The notes below the pieces were generated by a model. It worked only from the letters and a program-made list of their open reading frames with translations, was not told where the DNA came from and searched no databases. DNA of 64,000 bases from Perkinsela sp. CCAP 1560/9 (taxonomy: Eukaryota > Protista > Euglenozoa: Kinetoplastea). This document shows positions 1 through 11,500 of this stretch, in pieces (within the stretch, counting starts at the first letter, position 1; each line of letters begins with the position of its first letter). Both the position numbers and the translations under genes were made by a program. The DNA is taken from the NCBI GenBank assembly GCA_965644495.1, contig CBFFSA010000001.1, forward strand, positions 3,782,001 through 3,846,000. Reading direction: 5' to 3'.

Positions 1-1800
1 AGTCGTGGATATTTGCCATGCTAGACTCTATTTCACGTCTTGCGACGTTGTTTACGGGAGCCCCATCCGCCATTATAAACCCCCGCTCACGAAAAGTGAC
101 CCCCCTCTTTTTTTTCGTACAAATGTCCGTTTGAGCTGTTTTTTGTTGCATTTTGCAGATCTCAACACAAGGACTTTGCGCGTGCAGAAATGAGACAAAA
201 AGAAACGAATACTCACAATTTAGAGAAGAATTACCATTTTGTCACTTTTTCGCCCTTCAATCTTATACACTCCTTAAGTCGAGAATCAAAACTTAATACT
301 GTTTTGTCGATCACTTTTTGAGTTAAAGAAGACCATGCTTTACATACACATCGGATAAGTGAAGGTTTGTCCGATGGGGTTTGTTCGTCTACCGCCTCTT
401 GGACCATAGACCAGACGTTTTCTATGGGGGAAAGGTCGGGCGAGTTGGGGGGCCAGTTTCTTAGAACATCACTCATTCAATTCTCAATATACTCTTTGGA
501 GGCACGGGCAGTATGTGCCGTTGCCCCATCCTGTTGAAATACACTATTAGGGGGGAAATCTACCTGTTTTAATGTTTCTATGTACGTCTCACTTGTAATA
601 GATGTGTCATTGTAGATGTCTCACTTGTAATAGATGGTCACAGGACTCAAAGTGTATTCCCCGCTAGATTTTTTTTCGTTCAGATATTTTTTGATTATCC
701 TTCTAGAGACGTTAAAATCACGGGATAATTGTTTTATCGGAACACCTTCTGCCTGTCTCATCTTCAAAAGAACCTTACCACTATCCGTAAGCCCCCCTTT
801 TGGGAGCCGATATGGTGATTTGGTAATTTTTGGAAAAAAAAGTTGAAAAACCAATTAAGTTTTTTGACTAAATTTTAAAATTTTAAAATGAGCTAAAAAC
901 AGCGGGAACGTACAGATCTCGAAATTTTGAACGAAAAAGTGATATGATAACCCACCGACGCCCCCCTGTGCTAAAAATAAGGGGGGGTCACTTATTCGTG
1001 AGCGGGGGTTTATATCGAAGTTTGCAAAGACGAGCATCCGATAGGCAAGAGCGAAGAACTTCCATCGAGGATTGCGCCATTTCAACTCCATTGAATGACT
1101 TGTGTTTCGGATGGTAAATCGGAGGGAGAAGGAAGTTCCGGTCCACGACGTACAAGATTGCGATAAGTACGTGTTCATTTAAAACTTTGTCAACCCCCCC
1201 CGTCTACCGCCAACCCAAAGAATTTCGCTCCGTCAATGCTGCGCCGAATATCATCCCAAATCATATCGGCAATCCGACGCTCGCTAAGGTGAAACTCGCG
1301 AGGAGAAGGAAGAATGCAAGCAACTTCTGAAGGTGAGACATCAGCAGGGAACTCCTCAAACAGGAGTCGAACACAACCCAGGAACCCCTCGGTAGATAGA
1401 TTACTTTGTGCGGCAAAACATGGAAGGGCTTCGGAGATATACTCTTCTAAAGACTTTGGGTTCGTTGTCTCCGCAGAGTCTTCACTCAAGTCTTAAGATT
1501 TCGAGCAGCACTCCTTGTAGTGCTTGTAACACACATTTTCTCCCTTGCTGTGGGACAACCAGCCTCAAAGATTACATCGAATGTGCTGTGTGTGTCCCAT
1601 CGCATCGTTTCGGATGCCGGGGACGCTTTTGCGTGCCCAATCAAGGCACAACCGTTCCGAACTTAGGTTACACCTCTCGTACACCAAATGTCGTTGGCGA
1701 CGAAGGCTCGCACAGGACTATGATTTTTAGCAGAGGCCCGTCGGCGCGTGTTTTCCGGAACGGGTGTGGAAACGTGTTCCGCTGTGTTATCTCTCATATG
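1..1800 (-). pseudogene. hAT-like DDE transposase remnant, interrupted by a Tc1 element at 76-1012
   Basis: ORF 1190-1489 ends FFGLAVDGG. After a frameshift it continues DKVLNEHVLIAILYV..LPPIYHPKH and, across the Tc1 insertion, ..MADGAPVNNVAR. This is colinear with the copy at 54432-55424 (YGIAVDAGIDKVKAEHILL..LPPIYSPRH..IADGSAVNHVAR). Confidence 0.7.
76..1012 (-). mobile_element. Tc1/IS630-family transposon (DD35E), internally deleted
   Basis: TIRs TAAACCCCCGCTCACGAA(T)AAGTGACCCCCC at both ends, TA duplication at 74-75 and 1013-1014. N-terminal HTH in ORF 621-854. Catalytic QQDGATAH..WPPNSPDLSPIENVW with 35 residues between D and E and one in-frame TGA. Confidence 0.9.
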
Positions 1801-1969
1801 AAGGGAAAGTCGTGTTTAATAAAATGCAATATTCTAAGTAGACAAGAATGATATGATTTGTATACCACTGTAACCCAAAGATTAAATTAAATCAGCGTAT
1901 TATACAAAGCAAAAAGATTGGGGCAACTACGGCGAAACTTATTTTCCAAGAATATGCACTCACCAAAGT

Positions 1970-2798
1970 TGTGGATTTTCAATGTCAGTGCAACAATTTG
2001 TCATACTCAGTGCAACAAATTAATAATAATTGTCATACTCAGCGCAACAAAAGGTTAATTTCTACATAATACACTTCATATACTAATTTCTACATAATTC
2101 AGTTCATTCATGCCAAAGTACAGAAGATTATCTGAAAACAATCGCAAAGATATTCAAACGATGTTTGAAAGTGGCGCCACGAAGAGGGAAATTGCCCGAT
2201 CGATTGATAAGTCCCCAAGTACGGTATGTCGTGAGCTGGCACGCAACAGGAAAAGAGGTGGGCAATGGGAAAAGGGGGCCGTTGAAAACATGAATGGTCT
2301 GGTCCGTCAGTATCACACCAAGTCAGATACTTTTGAGGAGTTGACACAGCGCGAAGTTAGTAAGACGGCCAACAAACTGAACAAACGGCCACGAAAGTGC
2401 TTGAAATGATTCTCCCCAAAGAGCTTGGAAGGCCAAATTTTACTATAAAGAGACGGTACTATACATGAAAGCAGTAAGTTGTATAGCCGTAAGTTGTAAA
2501 GCAGTAAAGGTAAAAAGTTTATCTCTTTACTAAAGAAACGCGTTATGTTGTTCCGTCAATATCGATTATCCAGGTACTCCTTTTTTCTTCTCCTTACATA
2601 ATTTTTTTTCTTAATCCATTGTTTCTTTCTTAACATGGCTCATACAATCCCGCGTCCGTTTGTGGTGCTGTCCGACCGAAAAAACAGTCTTGCACTGAGT
2701 ATGCGAAAATCCTGACATCCGGAACACACCCATATTTTTCTCATTTTTGTTGCACTGAGTATGACAAAAAGGTGTTGCACTGAGTATGACAATCCACA
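1970..2798 (+). mobile_element. IS30-family element, non-autonomous deletion derivative
   Basis: 26-bp imperfect TIRs TGTGGATTTTCAATGTCAGTGCAACA / TGTGGATTGTCATACTCAGTGCAACA. AGT duplicated at 1967-1969 and 2799-2801. Two further copies of the inner TIR motif at each end. Encodes an IS30-like ORF. Confidence 0.88.
2110..2409 (+). pseudogene. IS30-type transposase with the central DDE core deleted
   Basis: N-terminal HTH (YRRLS..REIARSIDKSPSTVCRELARN) fused in frame to the IS30 C-terminal signature WEKGAVENMNGLVRQY..KLNKRPRKCL. Confidence 0.88.
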
Positions 2799-2859
2799 AG
2801 TAGTATCTCATAGTACGTACTATAGTACGTACTGAAATACTAGACAGACTACGCATAGT

Positions 2860-5389
2860 AGATTCACAAGGAATCCGTGGACAGCAGCATCCGAGTCGTT
2901 GGACCGTACATCTACTTCCGTCATCTCCGAGTATCCTGAATGCGATTTACCTACAGTAGAAGAATATTTTACAGCAGTCACAGCACCTCATGCCGAAGAG
3001 CACCGCCTGCCTCCGAATGACGTACTTGGTCCCATACCCATCAACGAAATGACATGGTCTCCACAAACCGCGCAAGAGGTTGCAGACGCACTAAGCAGCA
3101 AAAGAAACGCAAGTTCGCCAGAACGTGACACGATTACAAACGCGCTGCTAAAACGATGTAAATATCTATACCCACGTATAGCGGTCACTTTTAATGATCT
3201 TCTGCGCCACGGTATCTGCCCGCCATGTTGGTCCTCCGCCATAGTTAAACTCATTCACAAAGGAGGCGACAAGCACACCCCGAAAAATTGGAGACCTATC
3301 TCCCGGCAAATTATTCAATAGCATAATCGGACACCAAATTCTGGCACATGCCGTGTCCTCTGGATTCCTAGATACCACCGTGCAAAAAGGCTTTCTTCCG
3401 AAGATGAGTAGTACACTGGAACACACGCAAGTTCTATCCGAAATACTGCAATACTACCGCCAAGACAAAAGGCAATACTGTCTTACGCAGTTTGATCTCA
3501 GCAATGCATTCGGTTCGGTCCCCCACAACATCATCTTCGAGGCACTACGATGGGCAAAAATTTCACCACAAATTGTATCCTATGTTGAAAGCATGTACTC
3601 ACACGCAGAAATGCGTATAAAGTGTGCCGAAGGATTGTCACGCGCAATACCGATACATAGAGGCGTACTACAAGGAGATACCCTCTCCCCCATAAGTTTT
3701 AACCTAGTGATGGAAACTGTATTACGATACCTCAAGCAATCGTGCCCTCGGTATGGCCTTGACTATCCAGACACTCCAAGACATTTCCTGAAAGCCTATG
3801 TTGACGATCTGACGATACTGACTAGCAGCGACAGCGATATGCAGAGCGCGACGAATACACTTGAAACTGCACTGAAACGAATAGGACTCTCAATAAACGT
3901 AGACAAGAGCCGTACACAATGCATGTCCATGCGCGAAGGTAGCGAGCACCCAGGGTACATGACCAGGAAACCGAGAATCATCATCGAAGGCAGAGCTATA
4001 CCACATATATGTGACCGCGGAAGTACTTTTTTGGGAATGACCATAGCGCCAGGAGGACAACAAGCGAAGGAACATGGATGTCAGACTAAAAACATGGCTT
4101 TGGAATGTCGACGAAAGTCCACATAGCCTCCCCGAAAAACTTTGGATCTAGAATCATATCTCGTCTGCGCTATATTCTTACTGTTCATCCATGTGTCACA
4201 TTCAACTTTGTGTTGCGACTGCAGAAACGAGTTACGCGTCACCTTAAGAAATGGATCAACGCAGCATCCAAAACCTGCACTGAAATTCTATATACTGAAC
4301 GAGGGTGGAACCTTAAAAGTTTATCCAAGCTGTGGTCCGAATGCTCTATCCTAGCCCTAACACAGATGCACAAGTCACGGGACCCATCAATAAAGGCTGC
4401 ACTACCCCGAATCAAACAAGAAGAAGAAAAGCGATCATCTGGTCATATTCGCCCAAGCGCTGAAGCCCTTCAACACCTTTATAATGCGCGAAAAGCGCAA
4501 CAGTTAGCACGTGAACATCACGACTCATATGTCATTAGTCACCTGCAGAGAAGGGCACCAACAGCTGCAAAATGGTGGAACCTCCCCTCGGAAGCCGATC
4601 TGGCTAAAGAGTTCTCCGCAGCCCTAAACGATCTCAATAGTGAAAAACTCTCTCGCTTCGCGGCATCAGTTCTAACACTAACACCACTGCCATCTAGAAC
4701 GAATCTTCGGCTCTGGGGCCTACGACGTGCCAATGTATTGTGCCCTATATGCCAGACCGAGCCTCAAACCACAAGGCACGTGCTCTCGGGGTGCAAGGAG
4801 TCTCTCCGACAAGGAAGATACACCATCCGTCACGACATGCTGCTTGAAGAGCTGGGGAAACATCTACTGCGGTCGCCGCATACCAAAACAATACACCTTG
4901 ATATCCCGGGTTTTAGGAATGCCCCGGCCTGGCTCGGCACCCGTGACGACCTACTACGCCCCGATGGGTTGATTACACTGAAGGATGGAAGTGAGTTCAT
5001 TATTGAACTCACTGTGCCCTGGGAAGAGAACCAGTCTCAGGCGCACGAGGGCAAATCCCGAAAATATAATGCCCTATTTCATGAACGACGCACACTCAAC
5101 CCTAGGACAAACCTTCTTGTTTTCGAAGTGGGAGCCCGCGGCTCGCTACTTACCTCCTGCCGGACCCTTAATCTCCTCTTTGACGAGGACACAAAGCTTG
5201 CAGAAAATTGTCGGCGAAGTCTGATGCAGACCGCCCTTCGAGGCAGTTTCATTATCTGGCAGAATCGAGAATCTGCCATGTGGACAGAAGAGCGTATTTA
5301 GCGTTTGTAAAAGATGAGTCTGGGGAGCGTCATATGCGCCCCCGGACTTATCTACATATTCTCTGCCTTATGAAGGCATGATAAAATAT
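2860..5389 (+). mobile_element. Non-LTR retrotransposon with restriction-like endonuclease (R2/NeSL/HERO group), 5'-truncated and frameshifted
   Basis: RT motifs LIHKGGD..NWRPIS, QKGF, FDLSNAFGSVPH, GVLQGDTLSP, AYVDD. CCHC knuckle CPIC..HVLSGC. RHD, RPDG..IIELTVPWE..K..KY. Split over ORFs 2899-3321, 3353-4126 and 4105-5301. Hairpin in the 3' UTR at about 5312-5353. Confidence 0.92.
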
Positions 5390-5643
5390 AGTCACTCTCA
5401 GACGTCAAGCCGTCTCCGTATGGTGAATGCGGAATAAACGGATGAGTCTCCCGTGCCACACAAGGTGGTGCATGTTCTCGCAACAATGCGAGGTCGTCAG
5501 TCCCGGGTAATGAGGTGGGTGGATCCAATGCAAGTACCGACTGTCATCAAAACGATGTCAGTCACTCTCAGACGTCATGCCGTCTCCGTATGGTGAATGC
5601 GGAATAAACGGATGAGTCTCCCGTGCCACACAAGGTGGTGCAT
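5390..5643. repeat. 1.5 copies of a 170-bp tandem unit rich in stem-loops
   Basis: 5390-5473 recurs at 5560-5643 with one mismatch. The unit contains several local hairpins. Confidence 0.85.
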
Positions 5644-6299
5644 CAAAAGTTTGCACTGTTTTTGATAAGATTGACAACTATTGTATACGCCAGGCCTATT
5701 GATTCTCGGAAGAATTTCAGCCTTCCAGAGGTGGTGTATATTCCCACCGTATTATCAATAGGAAACCCTCCTGCTGCCATTTTTTTCCTGGGGGCCATGT
5801 CCTTGCTCCAAAAAATTTTCAAACAATTCACATTCCCCTTTCTCTGTGAGAGCACAAGAGATGCGTGTTCTACGCGTTTTTTAACATTGCCCCCCAAAAA
5901 TTTCTTGCATCGTGAATGATGTCGAAGAGCATAATCCATTGAACACCAATTTGAATTTTAGAAGACGTTGTGGCGGCCACTTTACAGGCCAAATGCCCCT
6001 GGACAAAAAAAATGCCTATGGACAGATAAAATGCCAATGGACAGATATAATGCCACTAATAAAAAAGGTCGGCGTCAGTACCATCTGAAAGATAGCAATG
6101 CCGGGGAAGACCACGAAGAGGTCCCAACCATGCTCCCCCATAGGGCTGTCGGAAATTTACATTATAATTAGATAAAATCTTTCATAGGGCTACATTTACA
6201 TAAATAGGCCCCATTGTGAGCGTAGCCCACTTCTGGAGGCAAAAGGCCCACTTCTGGAGGCCCCGTTTGCGAGAAAGGCCCAATTGTGAGCGTAGCCCT

Positions 6300-6888
6300 G
6301 GGACAGAATTATATTTTTTGGCCAGCGGGTCCAAAATTGAAAAAAATGGGGGGTCCAGGAGGGGGGTCCATGGGTGGAGGGGAAATCTTGATTTTCGAAA
6401 TCAAGCGCAGGGAAGTGGTAGAGTAGGCCGCGGCGATGACTTTCCACCCCCCCACCTGGGGGTACCCTCCCCCTGGTACGCGCGGGAGGGGTCCGACAAG
6501 GTCAAAAAATCCGAAATATTTGGGATGACCAAAATGGGATTTTGACCCAAAAAAAGTAAAAATATTGATTTTCCAAAATTGACTCCTAAACCGTATTTCG
6601 CGAGTTTGGGACCTCAGCTACCATTCTACGACGTTTTTGTGGACAGATTTGACTACTGCCCCTACTGGTGAGGCATCCAAAAGGTCCCAAATTCGGTGTA
6701 AAATTTCGCAATTTTTGCCGAAAAATTTAGCTTTTTCCCACCAAAAAATAGAGTATTCATGATCCTTTGGAGATTTTTCTTTTTTAGGCTCTTCGTTAAA
6801 CGCGGAGGTAGTTTTCAACGCGAAGCGCGCAGCATGAGTGACTTCTAAGTTGAAAACGACCACCCCGTTTAACGAAGAGCCTAAAAAA
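6300..6888 (-). mobile_element. Non-coding repeat family B (about 105-bp terminal palindrome plus GC-rich core), inverted copy
   Basis: Palindrome TAGGCTCTTCGTTAAACG..CGTTTAACGAAGAGCCTA at 6780-6888. The adjacent sequence is reverse-complement similar to 48320-48500, 12680-13020 and 55850-56130. Confidence 0.75.
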
Positions 6889-7002
6889 GTTAATACGGCA
6901 CATTTATATTGCATATTGCACAAAATACCTTCCAACAAACGAAGTAACCGAAAAATGCATTTACTCAGGGACGCAAATGGGTTTCACGTTTGCTCCCGGT
7001 GA

Positions 7003-7148
7003 GGCCCCGGAGTTGCGAGAGGCCTCCATACCCCACAACTACCACCTTCCCCCCTATTTAGCGGGGGTCGCGTGAGCGACCCCTGATAAATGGGGGGAAA
7101 GTGGTAGTTGCTTTGGGGAATATGAGAGGCCGAACGCACGGAGGGGCC
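7003..7148. other. Long imperfect GC-rich hairpin
   Basis: CCCCACAACTACCACCTTCCCCCTATTTAGCGGGGGTCGC-GTGA-GCGACCCCTGATAAATGGGGGGAAAGTGGTAGTTGCTTTGGGG, extended by GGCCTC/GAGGCC and GGCCCC/GGGGCC. Confidence 0.75.
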
Positions 7149-7765
7149 GGCCGGTCCAAAAAACCCAGATCTTGTTTACTCGTCTGCGACATAAACCGGT
7201 GAATGCTGCAAAAAAAATTAAGTTGAGGTGTATATTATGTAATATAAGGTGTATATTATATAATATAGTTACTATAAACTTTTAAAAACTATAAGAAACT
7301 ATATTTTTTTGTTTAACTTTTTAAGCTCTCTTGAGCTCACCAACACGCCATAAATACACAGAAAATTCATTTGTGTGCGATTTTTCTTGTTTTCAAACCC
7401 GAAAATTAATGCCCGAAATATAAGTTACGTGGGGTAATTTCTGCAAAGATTATTTTATTGAAGTGTGGCGCACGGAGGGAAGTAAGCAAACGGTTGAATG
7501 TAACTTTCGTCAGAAGGGGACGTGCCCCAGTCCCATGTGGCCTTGACAAATTGCCTTATGCGAATCTTGCGTCTCGAACATTTCACTGCATCGCTGTCGC
7601 CGTGCAGTGGCTGAAGCCGCCGACCATATGTCTTAGGACTGAACAATTGCTGTTCACAATTTTATGAGTTTGAATAAATTTTAAGAGTTTGAATAAATTA
7701 CTATAAATAAATTACTATAAAAAATAAATAACCTACTTTTACGTTGATTTTTTCAATTGTTTCGT

Positions 7766-8368
7766 ATGTTTGGCCTGCCCTGGAGCGTCTGCGTCAATAT
7801 TTTTCCCTCTGACACAGGCTCGAGTTCTACTCGACTGGGAAAAGTACGGCACAATTTCCTCCCTTTGGAGTATAAACTGACGCAACTGGTGGAAAACATT
7901 GTCCACCAACCCCCGACATGGGGTACCGAAACCCCAGCCTGTGAGTGGCCAGGAGTTCAATGTGACGCGCACGAAACCATCACTCGTATTTTCTGGACGT
8001 CATTGGGCTTAGCCGGGCCGTTGTGTTGGGATCACCTCCCCGACACACTGGTATACATCGACACCTGGAGCAATAAACTTTGTGGTACAGTGCCCTGGGC
8101 AAGACTCCCGGAGGGACTCGAAACGCTGTCGCTCGTGAGTAATGAATTTATCGGGGTGGTAGACCTGTCGGCGCTTCCGTCCTCGCTCATGGTCTTAAAC
8201 CTCGCGGGAAATCAATTCAATGGTAAAGTTGAATTCTCATCTCTACCATTTTCCCTTGATTTTTTGAATTTAGATGAGAATTCCGCGCTGGAGGGAGAGG
8301 CAGATGTAGCGAATTGCTTACGACGAGTTGCATATACCTGGAAAAATACAGGTATCACAGTAATATAG
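7766..8368 (+). CDS. Small leucine-rich-repeat protein (LRRNT cap plus about 22-aa LP..L..L.L..N repeats)
   Basis: SD..RLGKV..LPLEYKL, W..ETPACEWPGVQC cap, about 4 LRRs. Confidence 0.88.
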   Translation: MFGLPWSVCVNIFPSDTGSSSTRLGKVRHNFLPLEYKLTQLVENIVHQPPTWGTETPACEWPGVQCDAHETITRIFWTSLGLAGPLCWDHLPDTLVYIDTWSNKLCGTVPWARLPEGLETLSLVSNEFIGVVDLSALPSSLMVLNLAGNQFNGKVEFSSLPFSLDFLNLDENSALEGEADVANCLRRVAYTWKNTGITVI

Positions 8369-9289
8369 TGGAAATGGAATATACAATGTATGTGTAAGAA
8401 TCTCTACGTCTTGGAATTTAGCTCCTCGTCTTTCGCAAAGTTATTCATCATAATATGACATATGGGTTGTAGGATAATGAATTTCTCCTCGTTTCTGAAT
8501 AGTGTGACCTCCCGCGTCTACTTCACGTGCCCCCTTCACGTGAGGGGCTGCGGGTATGATCTCGCGTGATCTCACATGATCTCGTTTTGAGGTCGTCCAA
8601 CCACCCTCCCGAGCCAAATCCGCTCGAGAGATCTCGCATGATCTCACGTGATCTCGTCTTGGGCCTCGCCCGCATCCCCTCACGTGTATAATTATTATAC
8701 ACGTGTACAGAGTGGCTGCTTGTATGGGATCTATGTCGAAATGTTTCTGCGGTATGTTAAGTTTTCCCCTTTAACTCATCTTCCCAGCTGCGTAAAAACT
8801 ACGTACGGAAGTTTAACTACATCGTTTTCGCAAATCATGCACTGTCTAATTTGGATATTTGACGCCTATCAAATTTTATTGTCCAGTACTACTTTGGCAT
8901 TATTATTTTGAGGACAGCTGATGCATACACCAATCTAGCGCATAATGATTCCAACTGGTGCAACGGTAAATGAGAAACTATACTGTCTGGGATTTTCTTT
9001 ATGAAACGATTACAGTGTTATATTTAATTACGGTATTATTGAGGGAGATACGGAGTATCTAACTCGCTTACTAAGGTTAATTCCAAAACTTGAAAATGCC
9101 CTTCAAAGAAGCGAGAGATCGAGTTTTTTCAAAATTTTAAAACGTAGCAGTAGCTCATTAGATGAACTCTTTAATACTCGAAAAATCATCTACAACGACC
9201 TCATTTCCCAAATTGTAGAACACTTTTGGTAAAAAAAAGTGCGTCTGCAAAGGTCTGCGATACGACAAACTGGTTGACTAAGGAGAGTC

Positions 9290-9368
9290 CTTTGAGTAGT
9301 CCAGTTGGTAAAGGGGTTCCATTTTGACGCTGGATGTCCGCGGTTCGATTCCCGGCATCGACATTTTT
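9290..9368 (+). ncRNA. tRNA-derived Pol III-type sequence (pseudo-tRNA or SINE head)
   Basis: A box TAGTCCAGTTGG at 9297, B box GGTTCGATTCC at 9342-9352, T-run after ATCGACA. Acceptor stem does not pair. Confidence 0.6.
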
Positions 9369-9519
9369 GAACAAAAAAAAATTATATGCTCAAAATCGCG
9401 AAAAAAACAAATTCGGAACGATTTTTTTTTTCAGATTTTTTTTTTCTTGAAAAAAGTGGCCAGCTGGGCCACCAAAAACACGGTTTGCATTTTGTATATA
9501 TATAGAGAGAAAAATAATG

Positions 9520-11500
9520 TGCAGGTCCGAGTGGTACAGTGTGTAGCTACAGTGGCCCTTGAGAGAGTGAGAGCAGTGCCACGTGAGGCAGTGATTGCAC
9601 AGTGATGCAGTGCAGCTGCAGTGGCACGTGCCAGAATAAGTGCACTGCCATGTGAGGCAGTGACTGCAGTGATGCAGTGTAGCTACAGTGGCACGTGCCA
9701 GAATAAGTGCACTGCCATGTGAGGCAGTGACTGCAGTGATGCAGTGTAGCTGCAGTGGCACGTGAGAGAGTAAGTGCACTGCCATGTGAGGCAGTGACTG
9801 CAGTGATGCAGTGTAGCTGCAGTGGCACGTGAGAGAGTAAGAGTAGTGCCACGTGAGGCAGTGACTGCAGTGATGCAGCGCAGCTGCAGCGGCACGTGCG
9901 AGAGTAAGATTACTGCCACGTGAGGCAGTGAATGCAGTGTAGATACAGTGGAATGTGAGAGAGTCAGTGACTGCAGTGTAGCTACAGTGGCACGTGAGAG
10001 AGTAAGATTACTGCCACGTGAGGCAGTGAATGCAGTGTAGATACAGTGGAATGTGAGAGAGTCAGTGACTCGCGGGCGTAGTTGGTAGACGGTGGGCCTT
10101 ACAACCTGCAGGTTGTTGGTTCGATTCCCGCTATCGACAAAACTCGCAACCTGGCGGCCTCACTACAAAGGGAAAGCGATCAGGAGTGCCTTCACCCAAC
10201 CCCGCTCCCCTGGAGGACCGACCCGGAACCGCCGAGCTGAACCAGGCTCCAGCGCAGCCGCTAAATTGCGAGCTGCTTACGCAAAGGAGGCTTGAGACAC
10301 AGCCTACACGATGCAACGGGGTTGGACGCCCGTCCTGGTAGCTACGGTTGGGTAGCCGTGCTCGGGCCGCAAGGCGTCGAGTGCCGTCTGGGAAGGGGGT
10401 AGCAAGACGATGAAGGTCGGTGTCCTGAGACTCTACCCTAACGGTTGGCGCTGCAGAGCCCTCCGTGTTCTTCTCTTCTCTAAGATTACTGCCACGTGAG
10501 GCAGTGAATGCAGTGTAGATACAGTGGAATGTGAGAGAGTCAGTGACTGCAGTGTAGCTACAGTGGCACGTGAGAGAGTAAGAATACTGCCACGTGAGGC
10601 AGTGACTGCAGTGATGCAGTGCAGCTGCAGTAACACGTGAGAGAGTGAGAGTACTGCCACGTGAGGCAGTGACTGCAGTGTAGCTGCAGTAGCACGTGAG
10701 AGAGTAAGTGTACTGCCACGTGAGGCAGTGACTGCAGTGTAGCTGCAGTAGCACGTGAGAGAGTGAGAGTACTGCCACGTGAGGCAGTGACTGCATCGGC
10801 ACTGTACCTACAGTGGCACGTGAGAGAGTGAGAGCAGTGCCCCGTGAGGCAGTGACTGCAGTGTAGCTGCAGTGGCACGTGCGAGAGTAAGAGTAGTGCC
10901 GCGTGAGGCAGTGATTGCAGTGTAGCTACAGTGAGAGAGTAAGATTACTGCCACGTGAGAGATTACTGGCACGTGAGAGAGTAAGATTACTGCCACGTGA
11001 GGCAGTGAATGCAGTGATGCAGTGCAGCTGCAGTAGCACGTGAGAGAGTAAGTGTACTGCCACGTGAGGCAGTGATTGCAGTGTAGATACAGTGGCAGAG
11101 TGACAGGCAGTGCCACGTGAGGCAGTGACTGCAGTGATGCAGTGCAGCTGCAGTAGCACGTGAGAGAGTAAGATTACTGCCACGTGAGGCAGTGAATGCA
11201 TCGGCACTGTACCTACAGTGGCACGTGAGAGAGTGAGAGCAGTGCCCCGTGAGGCAGTGATGCAGTGTAGCTGCAGTAACACGTGAGAGAGTGAGAGTAC
11301 TGCCACGTGAGGCAGTGACTGCAGTGTAGCTGCAGTAGCACGTGAGAGAGTGAGAGTACTTCCACGTGAGGCAGTGATCGCAGTGCAGCTGCATTGGCAC
11401 GTGCGAGAGTAAGAGTAGTGTCACGTGAGGCAGCGACTGCAGTGTAGATACAGTGGCACGTGAGAGAGTAAGTGTACTGCCACGTGGGGCAGTGACTCAC
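9520..11500. repeat. Minisatellite of about 55-70-bp variable units with two CACGTG and internal palindromes
   Basis: Unit similar to CAGTGGCACGTGAGAGAGTAAGnnnACTGCCACGTGAGGCAGTGACTGCAGTG(ATGCAGTG)TAGCTG, roughly 25 copies, interrupted at 10071-10480. Confidence 0.95.
10071..10480 (+). mobile_element. tRNA-headed SINE-like insertion
   Basis: A-box-like GCGTAGTTGGTAGA, B box GGTTCGATTCC at 10118-10128, GC-rich body and TTCTTCTCTTCTC tail. It interrupts a satellite unit. No clear TSD. Confidence 0.65.

Noticed and set aside
5465-5545. Hammerhead ribozyme on the minus strand (CTGACGA, CTCGCA/TGCGAG stem, TGCAT/ATGCA stem)
   Set aside because: A three-way junction is possible, but the GAAA core reads GAGAAC, there is no NUH site and stem I is only 3 bp. 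Not callable without an assay.
5643-6300. Possible heavily decayed Tc1-like transposase and a short repeated GGCCCA/TGAGCGTAGCCC end fragment
   Set aside because: Motif resemblance is too weak and no matching second terminus was found.
9520-11500. CRISPR-like array of palindromic repeats
   Set aside because: No unique spacers, the units are shuffled variants of the same blocks, no cas genes, and the context is eukaryotic.
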